Assembly: GCA_902510995.1 (NCBI GenBank)
Contig: CABXDL010000002.1
Coordinates: 17,007 to 81,006 of the forward strand
Origin: an uncultured Candidatus Actinomarina sp.
GTDB taxonomy: Bacteria > Actinomycetota > Acidimicrobiia > Actinomarinales > Actinomarinaceae
Direction of reading: 5' to 3'
Length of the DNA stretch: 64,000 bases
Position numbers and translations under genes: made by a program. Within the stretch, counting starts at the first letter, position 1. Each line of letters starts with the position of its first letter. The notes under the pieces are model-generated. The model saw nothing but the letters and a program-made list of their open reading frames with translations. It had not been told where the DNA came from and ran no database searches. Below are positions 29,701 to 38,921 of this stretch, in pieces.

Positions 29701-29839
29701 GTCCATCATAAAATCTAAATATTTTAGCTTCTTTTCTATTTTCAACTGATTTATGAAATGCATCAATTTCATCCCAAAATAAAGAAGTTTTTTCTTCATT
29801 TTTAGCTAAATTAATATTGTTTTCAACTCTTTTGAACAT
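26708..29839 (-). CDS. ileS: Isoleucine--tRNA ligase
   Basis: 1043 aa with class I motifs HYGN (HIGH variant) and KMSKS, plus an editing domain. Confidence 0.97.
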   Translation of the reverse strand: MFKRVENNINLAKNEEKTSLFWDEIDAFHKSVENRKEAKIFRFYDGPPFPTGSPHYGNLLAGVIKDIVPRYWTMRGFYVERRFGWDVHGLPIEMEVQKELGLEDPQQIDEYGIGKFNEACRSQVQTNTENWERVTRKIGRWVDFENDYKTMDLDFMESVWWVFKELWKNDLIYKDYKVLPYSWAAATPLSNFEANMDYRDVEDPSIFFTLKARANHNKIQKNDEFLIWTTTPWCIPGNLAIAIGNKIKYSRILLNKKHYWIATDRLSELSDHDYKIIDESIGSDLVGGEYVPAYDEFENEYLNGAFRIISSDDTNTESGSGLVSQAPAYGESDFYALKNAGIDVIVDPVTLSGKFDSSVKGLEDKYVKDADKMIIKQLDERQLLFSKTTETHSYPFCWRTGEPLIYKAIPTWFVSVEKIRERMVELNNETHWVPGFIGEKRFSNWLANARDWAISRNRYWGSCIPVWINKNDPDDLICLGSIEELETLSGEKITDLHKHFLDDVEIEIEGKTYKRTPEVLDCWFESGSMPYGQQHYPFENKELFKEGFPADFIAEGLDQTRGWFYTLTVLSVALFDSVAFKNCITTGMILAEDGRKMSKSLKNYPDPEDLLNTYGGDSLRAYLINSPVVRGEPLKFSEEGVKLVTRNVILPLWNSYSFFSNYANADEITLKELKSASPVNERPLMDQWIISSLQSLIKTVNEKMENYYLYEVIPPLMNFIDELTNWYVRSNRKRFWKEKGNDDIDKINAFKTLHEVLIDFSKTMAPVLPFICEEIFQGLTDNTDNSIHFENYPESNDELINKNLEKEMELAKNIIKSVRNIRLNVELPNKQPLRKLIIITKDSTKIEQINNVKEIILNELNIKKLEFDSDFENWVNYECKPNYPTLGPKLGNKITEFADYLSNLNQNDIENLINNKYIEFNSNKIDSAEIDIRLTKNEEKLNQDIINDFSVCLDTELDEELKMERVSRELVSIIQKQRKDMGFDITDRILLNISTQEQFVISSIDKFKEYILNETLTTEFSITNIKGSGKVLDYFLDTEIKQI

Positions 29840-29965
29840 ATCTTTAAGATTTTAAATACTTTATAAAGAAAAACACTGTTTTAAATAACAATTAAATTAT
29901 TTTTTAAAATTATTTGTTTTATTAAGAAATTTAGTAATATACATTAATTAATAAATAAATAAAAT

Positions 29966-30343
29966 ATGACAAGAAAATTAGCACATACAACAATAAATAG
30001 GTTCAAAAAGAAGCTCATAGAAGAGCAGAAACAATTGCGTGACCTTCTTGAAAGACACCAAGAAGAGAGAGAGAGAATTAGGCTTTCTGAGGCTTCAGCA
30101 GAAAGAAGCCCTGATCCAACTTCAGCAGACGGTGGTTCAATGGCATTTGAGTTAGAAAAAGAGCTAACTTTGGATGAAAATACAAAACATTTATTAAATC
30201 AGATTGACCATGCATTAGTTTTAATTAAAAAGAAAAAGTACGGAAACTGTGAAAATTGTCAAATCCCAATACCTGTTGCAAGACTAGAAGCTTTACCATA
30301 TTCAACAAACTGTAAAGATTGTGCAGCACTAATTGACTCTTAA
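29966..30343 (+). CDS. TraR/DksA family zinc-finger protein
   Basis: Has the C4 zinc finger CENCQ...CKDC at the C-terminus, preceded by a coiled coil. Confidence 0.8.
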   Translation: MTRKLAHTTINRFKKKLIEEQKQLRDLLERHQEERERIRLSEASAERSPDPTSADGGSMAFELEKELTLDENTKHLLNQIDHALVLIKKKKYGNCENCQIPIPVARLEALPYSTNCKDCAALIDS

Positions 30344-30791
30344 GAAGCTTTATAAACCTTTAGTACTTTCTTTACTATTAGCTCTCATTGATAACTATAT
30401 TAAATACTTTGTTAGATTGAACAACATCCAAGAAACTGTAATAATTGAAAATATTTTAACGATAGATTTAACTTACAACACAGGGATTGCTTTCGGACTT
30501 TTAAGTGATAAAACAAAGATTACATATGTTCTATCTCTTATTGTTTTAATATGGTTACTTACTCAATTTAATAAAGTAGAAAAAAACTCTTTGGAATTTT
30601 ACTCTCTTATTTTGATTTTTGGTGGAGCTATTGGAAATCTAGGGGAGAGAGGGTATAACTTAATTACTCTAAATGATGGTAAAGTCACTGACTTTATAGA
30701 ACTTTTATTTATACCTAGCTTTAATTTTGCTGATTCATATATAACAATTGGTATATGCTTGTTAATACTTTCGGAGTTAAAAAATAAATAA
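30333..30791 (+). CDS. lspA: Lipoprotein signal peptidase (signal peptidase II)
   Basis: 152 aa with 4 TM helices. LspA motifs are present (NTGIAFG, GGAIGNL, VTDFI, FNFADS). Confidence 0.9.
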   Translation: MTLKKLYKPLVLSLLLALIDNYIKYFVRLNNIQETVIIENILTIDLTYNTGIAFGLLSDKTKITYVLSLIVLIWLLTQFNKVEKNSLEFYSLILIFGGAIGNLGERGYNLITLNDGKVTDFIELLFIPSFNFADSYITIGICLLILSELKNK

Positions 30792-31452
30792 TATTGAGAT
30801 AAAATTTCAAAATGAGAACTTTATAGTTTTTAATAAACCAAATGGTTTATTAACTCACCCAACTTTAAAATCGAGAGAGAGCACCTTAAGAGATCATTTA
30901 ATTAAAATTGAACCAAAAATAGAAGATTGGGGAGAAGATAAAAGAGAAGGTATAGTACATAGGCTAGATAGGGTAACTTCGGGTCTAATAGTTTGTGCGT
31001 TGAATAAAAAAACATTTATTTCATTAAAGCAAAAATTTAAAGATAGAAAAATAAATAAAGAATACTTAGCAATAGTTGAAGGCCATCTCTCATCAGAAAC
31101 TGGAAAAATAGAGTTACCTTTGAAAAGATCTTCAACCAATAGATCAAAAAGAGCTGTAGCTAAAAATGGAAAGTTATCTATTTCCGAATATGAGGTAATT
31201 AAAACAACGAATAATCACTCACTTGTATCCATAACTTTAATTACTGGCCGTAATCATCAAGTTAGAGTGCAAATGGAATATTTAAATACTCCTGTAGTTA
31301 ATGATACTTTGTATGGTGCAAAGACAAATAAGCTAACTACTTCTTCCCAAATATGTTTACATTCTCATAAATTAAGTTTTAATTTATTTGATGAAGATTT
31401 TAATTTTGAATGCTCACCACCGGAATTTTTTAATAAAATTCTGGAAGTGTAA
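30784..31452 (+). CDS. RluA-family pseudouridine synthase lacking an S4 domain; start codon non-canonical or unresolved
   Basis: In-frame translation from 30793 gives IEIKFQNENFIVFNKPNGLLTHP...GIVHRLDRVTSGLIVCA, which includes the catalytic HRLD Asp, then GRNHQVRVQ. After the in-frame stop at 30778-30780 there is no ATG, GTG or TTG until the TTG at 31000, which lies downstream of the catalytic motif. GGAG (30773-76) lies 7 nt before the ATA at 30784. Confidence 0.7.
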   Translation: MNNIEIKFQNENFIVFNKPNGLLTHPTLKSRESTLRDHLIKIEPKIEDWGEDKREGIVHRLDRVTSGLIVCALNKKTFISLKQKFKDRKINKEYLAIVEGHLSSETGKIELPLKRSSTNRSKRAVAKNGKLSISEYEVIKTTNNHSLVSITLITGRNHQVRVQMEYLNTPVVNDTLYGAKTNKLTTSSQICLHSHKLSFNLFDEDFNFECSPPEFFNKILEV

Positions 31453-31481
31453 ATTAATTAAAAAACATTTACAATAAATCT

Positions 31482-34400
31482 ATGAGTAATTCATTTGTAC
31501 ATTTACATTCTCACACTGAATATTCAATGTTAGATGGTGCTGCAAAAATTGAAACTTATCTTGATAAAGTTAAAGAGCTTGATCAACCTGCAGCAGCTAT
31601 TACAGACCATGGAAATCTTTACGGTGCTTTAGAATTTTACAACTCAGCAATAAAGAAAAAATTGATTCCAATAATTGGTTATGAGGCATATGTAATAAAT
31701 GATTCCCGATTTGAAAGACCAGATCGTGAAAACAATAAAAGATACCATTTAACACTATTGGCTGAAAATACAATTGGATACTGGAATCTAGTTAATTTGG
31801 CAAGCAGAGCATTTACTGAAGGATATTATTACAAACCAAGAGTTGACTATGAATTACTAAAAGAACATAGTGAAGGGATTATTGCTTTATCAGGATGTCT
31901 TGGTGGAGAAATAGCTCAATTTTTAGCTCCTGATGGGTCTTTTGAAGAAGGAAACAAAGAAGGAGAAAGAAGCTACTCTAAAGCTCTAGTAAAAGCCAAA
32001 TTCTATCAATCAATATTTGGTGAAGAAAACTTTTTTATTGAACTTCATAATCACGGGATAGAACAACAAAAAATAATTTTACCTGATTTACTTAAAATAT
32101 CAGAAGAATTAGGTGCTCCTCTAGTAGCTACTAATGATTCTCATTACGTTAATAAAGAGGATGCCTCAGCTCATGATGCATTACTTTGTGTTCAAACTAA
32201 TGCAACTTTAGATGATAATACAAGATTTAAATTTGAAGGGTCTGGATACCATGTTAAGTCTTCTGAAGAAATGAGAAAACTTTTTCCTGAAAAGAAATTT
32301 CCTAAAGCATGTGATAATACTTTAGCAATAGCTGATCGAGTTGAATATAGTTTTAATTCTCCAAAGTACTATCTTCCTGCCTTCCCTGTTCCTGACGAAA
32401 GCAAATCGGTAGAAGAATATTTAAATAAGAAAGTATTAGAAGGTGCAAAAAAAGTTTATCCAGAAATATCAAAAGAAGTTAAAGATAGGATAGATTATGA
32501 ATTAGAAGTTATAAATTCAATGGGTTTTGCTTCATATTTTTTAATAGTCGGTGATCTTATGAGTTATGCTAAAGAAAATCTAATAAGAACTGGAGCAGGA
32601 AGAGGATCAGCTGCTGGATCAATTGTTGCTTATTGTCTTGGTATTACGGGGATAGAGCCTTTGAAGTATGGATTACTATTTGAACGCTTTCTAAACAAGG
32701 GTAGAAAAGAATTGCCAGATATAGATATGGACTTTGATGAAAGATATAGGACTGATGTAATTGACTATGTAATTGATAAATATGGCGAAGACAAGGTTGC
32801 TCATATTATTACATTCGCAACTATAAAAGCTAAGCAAGCAATCAGAGATTCAGCGAGAGTTTTAGGTTTACCATTTTCCTCTGGGGACAAAGTTGCAAAA
32901 ATGATGCCTCCTATGATACTTGGTAATACAGCAACAATTTCAGAATGTTTGAAGTTAGATGAAGATAATAAGAGTGGATATAGCAAAGAGTTTTACTCAG
33001 CATCTTCAGAATTAAGAGAACACTATAAAAAAGATGAAGAAGTAAAGGAAATTATAAATATAGCACTTGGGCTTGAAGGTTTAAGAAGACAAGATGGAAT
33101 TCATGCAGCTGCTGTTGTTATTTCGCCAAAAACTATAACGAATTACTTACCAGTCCAGCAAAAAGGTAAGGATGCTGAATTAGTAACACAATTTGAAATG
33201 CATACTGTTGAACAGCTAGGCCTTCTAAAAATGGATTTTTTAGGTTTAAGAAATTTATCAATTATAGATAGGACCTTAGAGTTGATTAAAAATCAAAATA
33301 TAGATATAGATAATGTTCCTTTGGATGATGAAAAAACTTTTGAACTACTTGCTGCTGGAAAAATGACTGGAGTATTCCAATTAGAAAGTAGAGTGGCTCA
33401 ATCAACTTCAAGAAGTTTAAAAACTAAAACATTTGAAGATATTGTGGCATTGGTTGCTCTTATTAGACCTGGGCCTCTTGGTGCTGGTATGCATAATGAG
33501 TTTACAGATAGAGCTACAGGCAGAAAGGAAATTGAATATCTGCATAAAGACCTTAAGGATATACTATCTGAAACTTACGGTGTAATTCTTTATCAAGAGC
33601 AGGTTATGCAGATTGCAGAAAAAATTTCTGGTTTCGAATTAAATGAAGCTGACGAATTAAGAAAAGCTATGGGTAAAAAAATTCCAAAAGTAATGGAAAA
33701 ACAAAGAGAAAAATTTAAACAAGGTGCTGTTAAAAATGGTTATTCAGAACAATTTGCTATAGAGCTTTTTGATCAGATTGCATATTTTGCTGGTTATGGT
33801 TTTAATAAAAGTCATTCAGTTCCGTATGCTCTTCTTGCTTATCAAACTGCTTATTTAAAGGCTAATTATCCTGCAGAATATTTAGCAGCATGTTTAACAG
33901 CAGTTAAAAGAGATAAAGACAGGACTGCCATATTTCTTTCTGAAGCAAGAGAGTTAGGAGTTAATGTTTCAACGCCTGATATTAATGAAAGTTTAGAAGA
34001 TTTTTCAGTTAATAATAATGAAATAGTTTTTGGTATCTCAGCTATTAGAAATGTTGGGGATATAACAGCTGAAAAGATAATTAATGAAAGAAAAAATGGT
34101 AGATTCGAATCAATTGAAGAATTTTTATCACGCATTGATTCAAGATCTTTGAATAAAAGAGGTATAGAAGCTATGGTCCAGGGAGGTGCTTTTGATAAAT
34201 TTGGCTACCCAAGAAGGGGAGTTTTTGAATCAATAATTGATTTAATTGAAGATGCAAAAGAAATTAAAAAAAATGGTCAAAGCTCACAAGCATCACTTTT
34301 TGAAATAGACAATACTGAAAATAAAACAACAATAAAAAATATTGAGTGGGATAAAAAAGAGCTATTAGATAGAGAAAGGGAAATGCTTGGATTTTTTGTA

Positions 34401-34973
34401 AGCGAAGACCCTTTAGAAGGATATGGAGAAGTACTTAGATCTGATTCCTCACATTCTGTAGTTGAATTGTTAGATTACTCAGATGATGATGAAGTAAATG
34501 TAGTGATTGCTGGCCTAGTTTCAAATGTTCAAAAAAGAGTATCTAGACGCGGGAATCCTTGGATTCAGTTAGATCTTCAAGAAATAACTGGTTCCGTTGG
34601 AGTTTTATTATTCAATAAATTAGTAGATAAATATAACGCAACTTTAGATGGTGAAGCTTATATAAAAGTAACTGGTATATATGTTGGTGGATCAGAAAAT
34701 ATAATTAGAGCAAGAGATATTGAAATGGTAGAACCATCAAAAATGATATTAGATCAAGACACTAGCCCATTACGAATATCTGTCTCAGAGGAGATACTTG
34801 ACAAAAATAATTTAATGTTACTAAAAGAGTTACTGCAGAGACATCCTGGTAATTCAAAAGTTGAATTAGAGGTAAGTTCCGCAGAAGGTTCTAAATTATT
34901 AGAACTAAAGGCAATAAAAATTAAAAAAACTACAGAATTACGCAATGAAATAAACACTTTACTTTCAAACTAA
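31482..34973 (+). CDS. dnaE: DNA polymerase III alpha subunit
   Basis: 1163 aa. It has a PHP domain (HLHSHTEYSMLDG), a polymerase core (PDIDMDF, GLLKMDFLGLRNL) and a C-terminal OB fold. Confidence 0.97.
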   Translation: MSNSFVHLHSHTEYSMLDGAAKIETYLDKVKELDQPAAAITDHGNLYGALEFYNSAIKKKLIPIIGYEAYVINDSRFERPDRENNKRYHLTLLAENTIGYWNLVNLASRAFTEGYYYKPRVDYELLKEHSEGIIALSGCLGGEIAQFLAPDGSFEEGNKEGERSYSKALVKAKFYQSIFGEENFFIELHNHGIEQQKIILPDLLKISEELGAPLVATNDSHYVNKEDASAHDALLCVQTNATLDDNTRFKFEGSGYHVKSSEEMRKLFPEKKFPKACDNTLAIADRVEYSFNSPKYYLPAFPVPDESKSVEEYLNKKVLEGAKKVYPEISKEVKDRIDYELEVINSMGFASYFLIVGDLMSYAKENLIRTGAGRGSAAGSIVAYCLGITGIEPLKYGLLFERFLNKGRKELPDIDMDFDERYRTDVIDYVIDKYGEDKVAHIITFATIKAKQAIRDSARVLGLPFSSGDKVAKMMPPMILGNTATISECLKLDEDNKSGYSKEFYSASSELREHYKKDEEVKEIINIALGLEGLRRQDGIHAAAVVISPKTITNYLPVQQKGKDAELVTQFEMHTVEQLGLLKMDFLGLRNLSIIDRTLELIKNQNIDIDNVPLDDEKTFELLAAGKMTGVFQLESRVAQSTSRSLKTKTFEDIVALVALIRPGPLGAGMHNEFTDRATGRKEIEYLHKDLKDILSETYGVILYQEQVMQIAEKISGFELNEADELRKAMGKKIPKVMEKQREKFKQGAVKNGYSEQFAIELFDQIAYFAGYGFNKSHSVPYALLAYQTAYLKANYPAEYLAACLTAVKRDKDRTAIFLSEARELGVNVSTPDINESLEDFSVNNNEIVFGISAIRNVGDITAEKIINERKNGRFESIEEFLSRIDSRSLNKRGIEAMVQGGAFDKFGYPRRGVFESIIDLIEDAKEIKKNGQSSQASLFEIDNTENKTTIKNIEWDKKELLDREREMLGFFVSEDPLEGYGEVLRSDSSHSVVELLDYSDDDEVNVVIAGLVSNVQKRVSRRGNPWIQLDLQEITGSVGVLLFNKLVDKYNATLDGEAYIKVTGIYVGGSENIIRARDIEMVEPSKMILDQDTSPLRISVSEEILDKNNLMLLKELLQRHPGNSKVELEVSSAEGSKLLELKAIKIKKTTELRNEINTLLSN

Positions 34974-34986
34974 TTAATATTTAATT

Positions 34987-35196
34987 ATGACATTTAATAT
35001 AAGTGATTTTCAAAAAAGATTCAAAAAAAGAGCAGAAGCTGTTAAAAATAGATCTATGCCACCAGTTGGTGGTGATGAAAGGTTAGCTTTCATAAAGCAA
35101 GCTGAAGAAGATTATCAAGATTATATGATTATTTCTGAATCAGAGTTCGAAATTGATGATGCTTATATTGTTTTTAAATATAAGTTAGACTCTTAA
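34987..35196 (+). CDS. Hypothetical small protein
   Basis: 69-aa ORF that fills the gap after dnaE. It shares a TTAA stop tetramer with thyX. No family was recognised. Confidence 0.45.
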   Translation: MTFNISDFQKRFKKRAEAVKNRSMPPVGGDERLAFIKQAEEDYQDYMIISESEFEIDDAYIVFKYKLDS

Positions 35197-35855
35197 TTTA
35201 AATTTTCACCCATAGGGAAGATTTTATGTATAACTTCAGCACATGCAATTGCAATCTCCATATGTTCCTTCTGGGTTCCGTTCTCAGATCTTAGTTGAAT
35301 ATAATGTATCCAACTTCTTAAAGTTCCGTTCATGTACAATCTGCTAACAGTATTGCCCTCAGGTAAAACTGATCTTGCTTGTTCTTTTGCAATTCCTGTT
35401 TCTATAGCCCAATTGTATGCTTTAGTTGCCGTTTCAATAACTTCATTTTGTATATTGGTCCACTCTTCAGCAATTCTTAAATTGTCAGTTTCAATAGAGT
35501 TTTGCCTATTTTTTGGATCTTGCATCCTTGCTTCTCTTGTTACAAATTCTAAATCTTTTACTGGATTTGCGTATCTTTGGCTAAATTCTTGGAAGCTGAA
35601 TGATCTATGTCTTAACATTTGTCGGGCAATGTCTCTTGTAGTTTCAATTTCCAAACAAGCACTTACCATTTCCAAAGGAGACCAATGTGCATTTTTAATA
35701 AGATAACTTATAAGTTTTTCACTTGTTTCTGTATTTAACTGATTAGATGGGTTCGAAACACGTGCGCAGAATGCAACTAGTTCTTGTATATTCTCAATAC
35801 CTTCTCTATTTACCTCTTCAGTTGGTTTTGAATAACTTATTAATTTAACTTTCAT
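35193..35855 (-). CDS. thyX: Flavin-dependent thymidylate synthase
   Basis: Carries the ThyX signature RHRSFSFQEFSQRY (RHRxxSxxxxSxR). Confidence 0.93.
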   Translation of the reverse strand: MKVKLISYSKPTEEVNREGIENIQELVAFCARVSNPSNQLNTETSEKLISYLIKNAHWSPLEMVSACLEIETTRDIARQMLRHRSFSFQEFSQRYANPVKDLEFVTREARMQDPKNRQNSIETDNLRIAEEWTNIQNEVIETATKAYNWAIETGIAKEQARSVLPEGNTVSRLYMNGTLRSWIHYIQLRSENGTQKEHMEIAIACAEVIHKIFPMGENLN

Positions 35856-35884
35856 TTATTTAACTATATTAAAATAAAAAAAAT

Positions 35885-36148
35885 ATGTTTTTATTAAGAG
35901 TTATAGTTTTTTTTATTCTTGTATCATTAGTTTTAATTCTTGGATACCCATTAATTATTGTTTATGATTTAGCAAACGGGGGAGATGGTTTTGGTTTATG
36001 TCAGGATATTATTACCTGCTCAATACCTATAAGTGAAGGTCCGAGATTATTAGTCTTTCTTATTAGTGCTTTCTTTTTATTAGTATTGTTACTTCGTTTA
36101 ATTATGAAATATATGAATAATCTTCAAAAAAATAATTCTATTCTTTAA
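35885..36148 (+). CDS. Small membrane protein, unknown function
   Basis: 87-aa ORF with two hydrophobic helices. Confidence 0.4.
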   Translation: MFLLRVIVFFILVSLVLILGYPLIIVYDLANGGDGFGLCQDIITCSIPISEGPRLLVFLISAFFLLVLLLRLIMKYMNNLQKNNSIL

Positions 36149-36965
36149 TTACATAATAAATTGAAAAAAGAACAATAATTACGCCTAACCAATTTATTAT
36201 ATTTAAAATTTCTTCAACATAAAAAACTCCAATTAATAAAGCAAACACTCCTTCTAAGCCAAATAGTAAAGATGCGGTGGAAGCATTTATAAACTTTTGT
36301 CCAAATAATTGAAGATAAAATGCGCAGAAGTTCACTAGCAAACCAAGAAATAGAATTGGGTATAGGAAATCTAAACTTATTCCAATTTCATTAAACTTTA
36401 AAAAAGGTATACAAAGTAATCCACCCACCATTGATTGTATAAACATAAGTTGTGAAATATTTTTACCCTGGATATATCTTTCAACCATAACTATGTGAAG
36501 GGCATATCCAGAAGCGCAAATTAAAGTAAAAAGATTTCCAAATAATTGATCTATATTATTTATAGCAATTAAAAATATACCTAGAAATCCAAATGTAGAA
36601 CCAATATAATTTTTTCTATCTATTGTCGTCTTATTAATAAATTTTGAAAATATTGGAGTAAGTACAATATAGAACCCTGTGACAATTCCAGAATTTATTG
36701 TAGAAGTTGTTAACAATCCCTGTGTTTGGGTTATATATCCAATCCAAAGGAAAAATCCCATTAATATTCCAGGTTTCATATATTTTTTAGAGGGAATTCC
36801 ACCAAAACCTAGAAACAAAATAGATGCAATTAGATATCTTAGAAAGACAACAGTGGTTGGGGATAGGTCATTAAGTAAGTTTTTTACAATAATAAATGTT
36901 GATCCAAACAACAAAGCTGCAAGAATCAGTGCATTAATTGCTATAACTTTTTTATTCTTAAACAT
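36138..36965 (-). CDS. EamA/DMT family transporter
   Basis: 275 aa with about 10 TM helices and a duplicated EamA-like architecture. Confidence 0.75.
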   Translation of the reverse strand: MFKNKKVIAINALILAALLFGSTFIIVKNLLNDLSPTTVVFLRYLIASILFLGFGGIPSKKYMKPGILMGFFLWIGYITQTQGLLTTSTINSGIVTGFYIVLTPIFSKFINKTTIDRKNYIGSTFGFLGIFLIAINNIDQLFGNLFTLICASGYALHIVMVERYIQGKNISQLMFIQSMVGGLLCIPFLKFNEIGISLDFLYPILFLGLLVNFCAFYLQLFGQKFINASTASLLFGLEGVFALLIGVFYVEEILNIINWLGVIIVLFSIYYVIKE

Positions 36966-37005
36966 CTGAATAAGTGAACATTAATATATTGTATAAAATA
37001 ATTAT

Positions 37006-37638
37006 ATGAAAAAACAAGTAAAGGTAAAAGAGATTCAGAAGATATTAGATAAAAAATATCCCAACCCACCAGTCCCATTAAATCATAAAAATCCCTACAC
37101 TCTTTTAATTGCTGTTTTATTATCTGCTCGATGTACAGATAAGAAAGTAAATGAAGTAACTCCTAATTTATTTAAATTAGCAGACAACCCAGAAGATATG
37201 GCAAAAAAAAATGTAAATAAGGTTCGTCAAATTGTTAAACCTTGTGGGTTATCACCTCAAAAATCAAAAGCTATAGTAGGATTATCAAAAATTCTTGTTG
37301 ATAAATACGAATCAGTAGTTCCTGAAAATTTTGAGCAGCTAGAGGAATTACCAGGTGTTGGGCACAAAACAGCTTCGGTTGTTATGAGCCAAGCGTTTGG
37401 AGTTCCAGCATTTCCAGTTGATACACATATTCATCGTTTAGCTTGGAGATGGGCATTGTCTACAAGAAAAAGCGTGGAAAGAACTGAAAAAGATTTAAAA
37501 CGTTTATTTCCTGAAAAATCATGGAATAAACTACATTTACAAATGATATATTTTGGTCGTGAATATTGTCCAGCTATATCACATAAAAAAGATTTATGCC
37601 CTATTTGTAGTAAATATGGACGCAAGGGAGTTAAATAA
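37006..37638 (+). CDS. nth: Endonuclease III (HhH-GPD DNA glycosylase)
   Basis: Contains LLIAVLLSARCTDKKVN, the HhH segment LPGVGHKTASVV with the catalytic Lys, and VDTHIHRL with the catalytic Asp. The C-terminal Cys pattern is atypical (see findings). Confidence 0.88.
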   Translation: MKKQVKVKEIQKILDKKYPNPPVPLNHKNPYTLLIAVLLSARCTDKKVNEVTPNLFKLADNPEDMAKKNVNKVRQIVKPCGLSPQKSKAIVGLSKILVDKYESVVPENFEQLEELPGVGHKTASVVMSQAFGVPAFPVDTHIHRLAWRWALSTRKSVERTEKDLKRLFPEKSWNKLHLQMIYFGREYCPAISHKKDLCPICSKYGRKGVK

Positions 37639-37639
37639 C

Positions 37640-38347
37640 ATGGATGTAAATTTATCAATAGCGTTTATATTTGGAGCTCTTTCTTTTTTTTCACCTTGTG
37701 TGCTTCCTTTAGTTCCTGGCTATCTAGCAATATTTTCAGAAATAGAAAAAAATATTAAAACACGTTTAATTGGATCAATACAATTCACTTTTGGTTTTAC
37801 ATCAGTGTTTATTTCTTTAGCTGCAATAGCTACTAATATTGGTTCATTCTTTTCTCGAAATTCACAATCTTTATCGATGATAAGTGGGTTAATTATAATA
37901 ATTTTCGGTCTAATACTTTTCTTTCCAAATTTAAATCAAAAATATTTCTACAGTGCAAACTATGTTGATTTAAATAAATTTAAAAGTTTTAAAAATATTA
38001 TTTTAGGATTTACTTTTGCTTTTGGATTTACGCCATGTATTGGACCAGTTCTGGGTGCTTTACTAACATTATCTTCAAGTAGACAAACAGTATCTGAAGG
38101 TATATTTTTATTATCTGCTTATTCATTAGGATTAGCTATTCCATTCATATTAATGCCTATACTTTCTTCAAAAATTAATCTTAAAGGAAGGTTTTTTATC
38201 ACATCTCAGAAATACACAAATAAAATATCTGCAAGTATTTTAATATGTATAGGTTTTTTAATATTTTCAGACAAGATGTATCTTCTTGCTTCATTATTCC
38301 AAGACCTTTTTATTTATTTAAAACTTGATTGGTTAAGTACAATATAA
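37640..38347 (+). CDS. ccdA: Cytochrome c biogenesis protein CcdA (DsbD family thiol-disulfide transporter)
   Basis: From the ATG at 37640 the protein reads MDVNLSIAFIFGALSFFSPCVLPLVPGYL, with a second conserved segment FTPCIGPVLGA. The longer ORF in the track would overlap nth. Confidence 0.85.
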   Translation: MDVNLSIAFIFGALSFFSPCVLPLVPGYLAIFSEIEKNIKTRLIGSIQFTFGFTSVFISLAAIATNIGSFFSRNSQSLSMISGLIIIIFGLILFFPNLNQKYFYSANYVDLNKFKSFKNIILGFTFAFGFTPCIGPVLGALLTLSSSRQTVSEGIFLLSAYSLGLAIPFILMPILSSKINLKGRFFITSQKYTNKISASILICIGFLIFSDKMYLLASLFQDLFIYLKLDWLSTI

Positions 38348-38349
38348 GA

Positions 38350-38916
38350 ATGCAATATATAAAACTAGATAAAGTCTTAACTTTTAAAGGAGAAGATGCA
38401 GTTTCATTTTTAGATTCACTAATTTCTAATGAATTTGTTGAAGGAAAAATAATCCCATCTTTTCTACTTTTTCCTGATGGAAAGATAAATTATTGGTTTT
38501 TAACTGAACAAAATGATGAAGTAGTAAATATATATCAAAACAATGAAGAATTATTAAAAATAAAAGAAACTTTTGAAAAATACAAAATAAGAATTAAATG
38601 CGAAATAGAAATAAAAGATATAGATGTTTATTTAAAAATTAATCCTGATACATTTGAAGTAGAATTTGAGGACAACTTTATCGGGAAAGATTTTCTTACT
38701 TGGAATGAGATTACTTTAAATACTGAACTGCCAACATTAGAAACAATAGAGATTGGATTACTGCCTAATGAAACTAAGTGGCTTTTAACTTTTCTTAATT
38801 TTGAAAAAGGATGCTTCCTAGGACAAGAACCAGTTTCGAGAGTAAATTTTAGAGGCAGACCAAGGCGTAAATTGATAACAAATGATGCTGGTGTTCAAGA
38901 ATTTATTAAAATTTAA
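38350..38916 (+). CDS. ygfZ: YgfZ/GcvT-like folate-binding protein
   Basis: Carries the C-terminal signature KGCFLGQEPVSRVNFRGRPRRKL. The start is placed at the ATG at 38350, just after the ccdA stop. Confidence 0.7.
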   Translation: MQYIKLDKVLTFKGEDAVSFLDSLISNEFVEGKIIPSFLLFPDGKINYWFLTEQNDEVVNIYQNNEELLKIKETFEKYKIRIKCEIEIKDIDVYLKINPDTFEVEFEDNFIGKDFLTWNEITLNTELPTLETIEIGLLPNETKWLLTFLNFEKGCFLGQEPVSRVNFRGRPRRKLITNDAGVQEFIKI

Positions 38917-38921
38917 CTAAG

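Noticed and set aside
29840-29965. A possible T-box or other riboswitch leader upstream of ileS.
   Set aside because: Only 126 nt of almost pure A/T are shared with the divergent dksA-like gene. That is too short, and it lacks the GC-containing stems, specifier loop and terminator of a T-box.
35332-35706. A 124-aa plus-strand ORF.
   Set aside because: It lies entirely antisense within thyX, which carries the diagnostic RHRxxSxxxxSxR motif.
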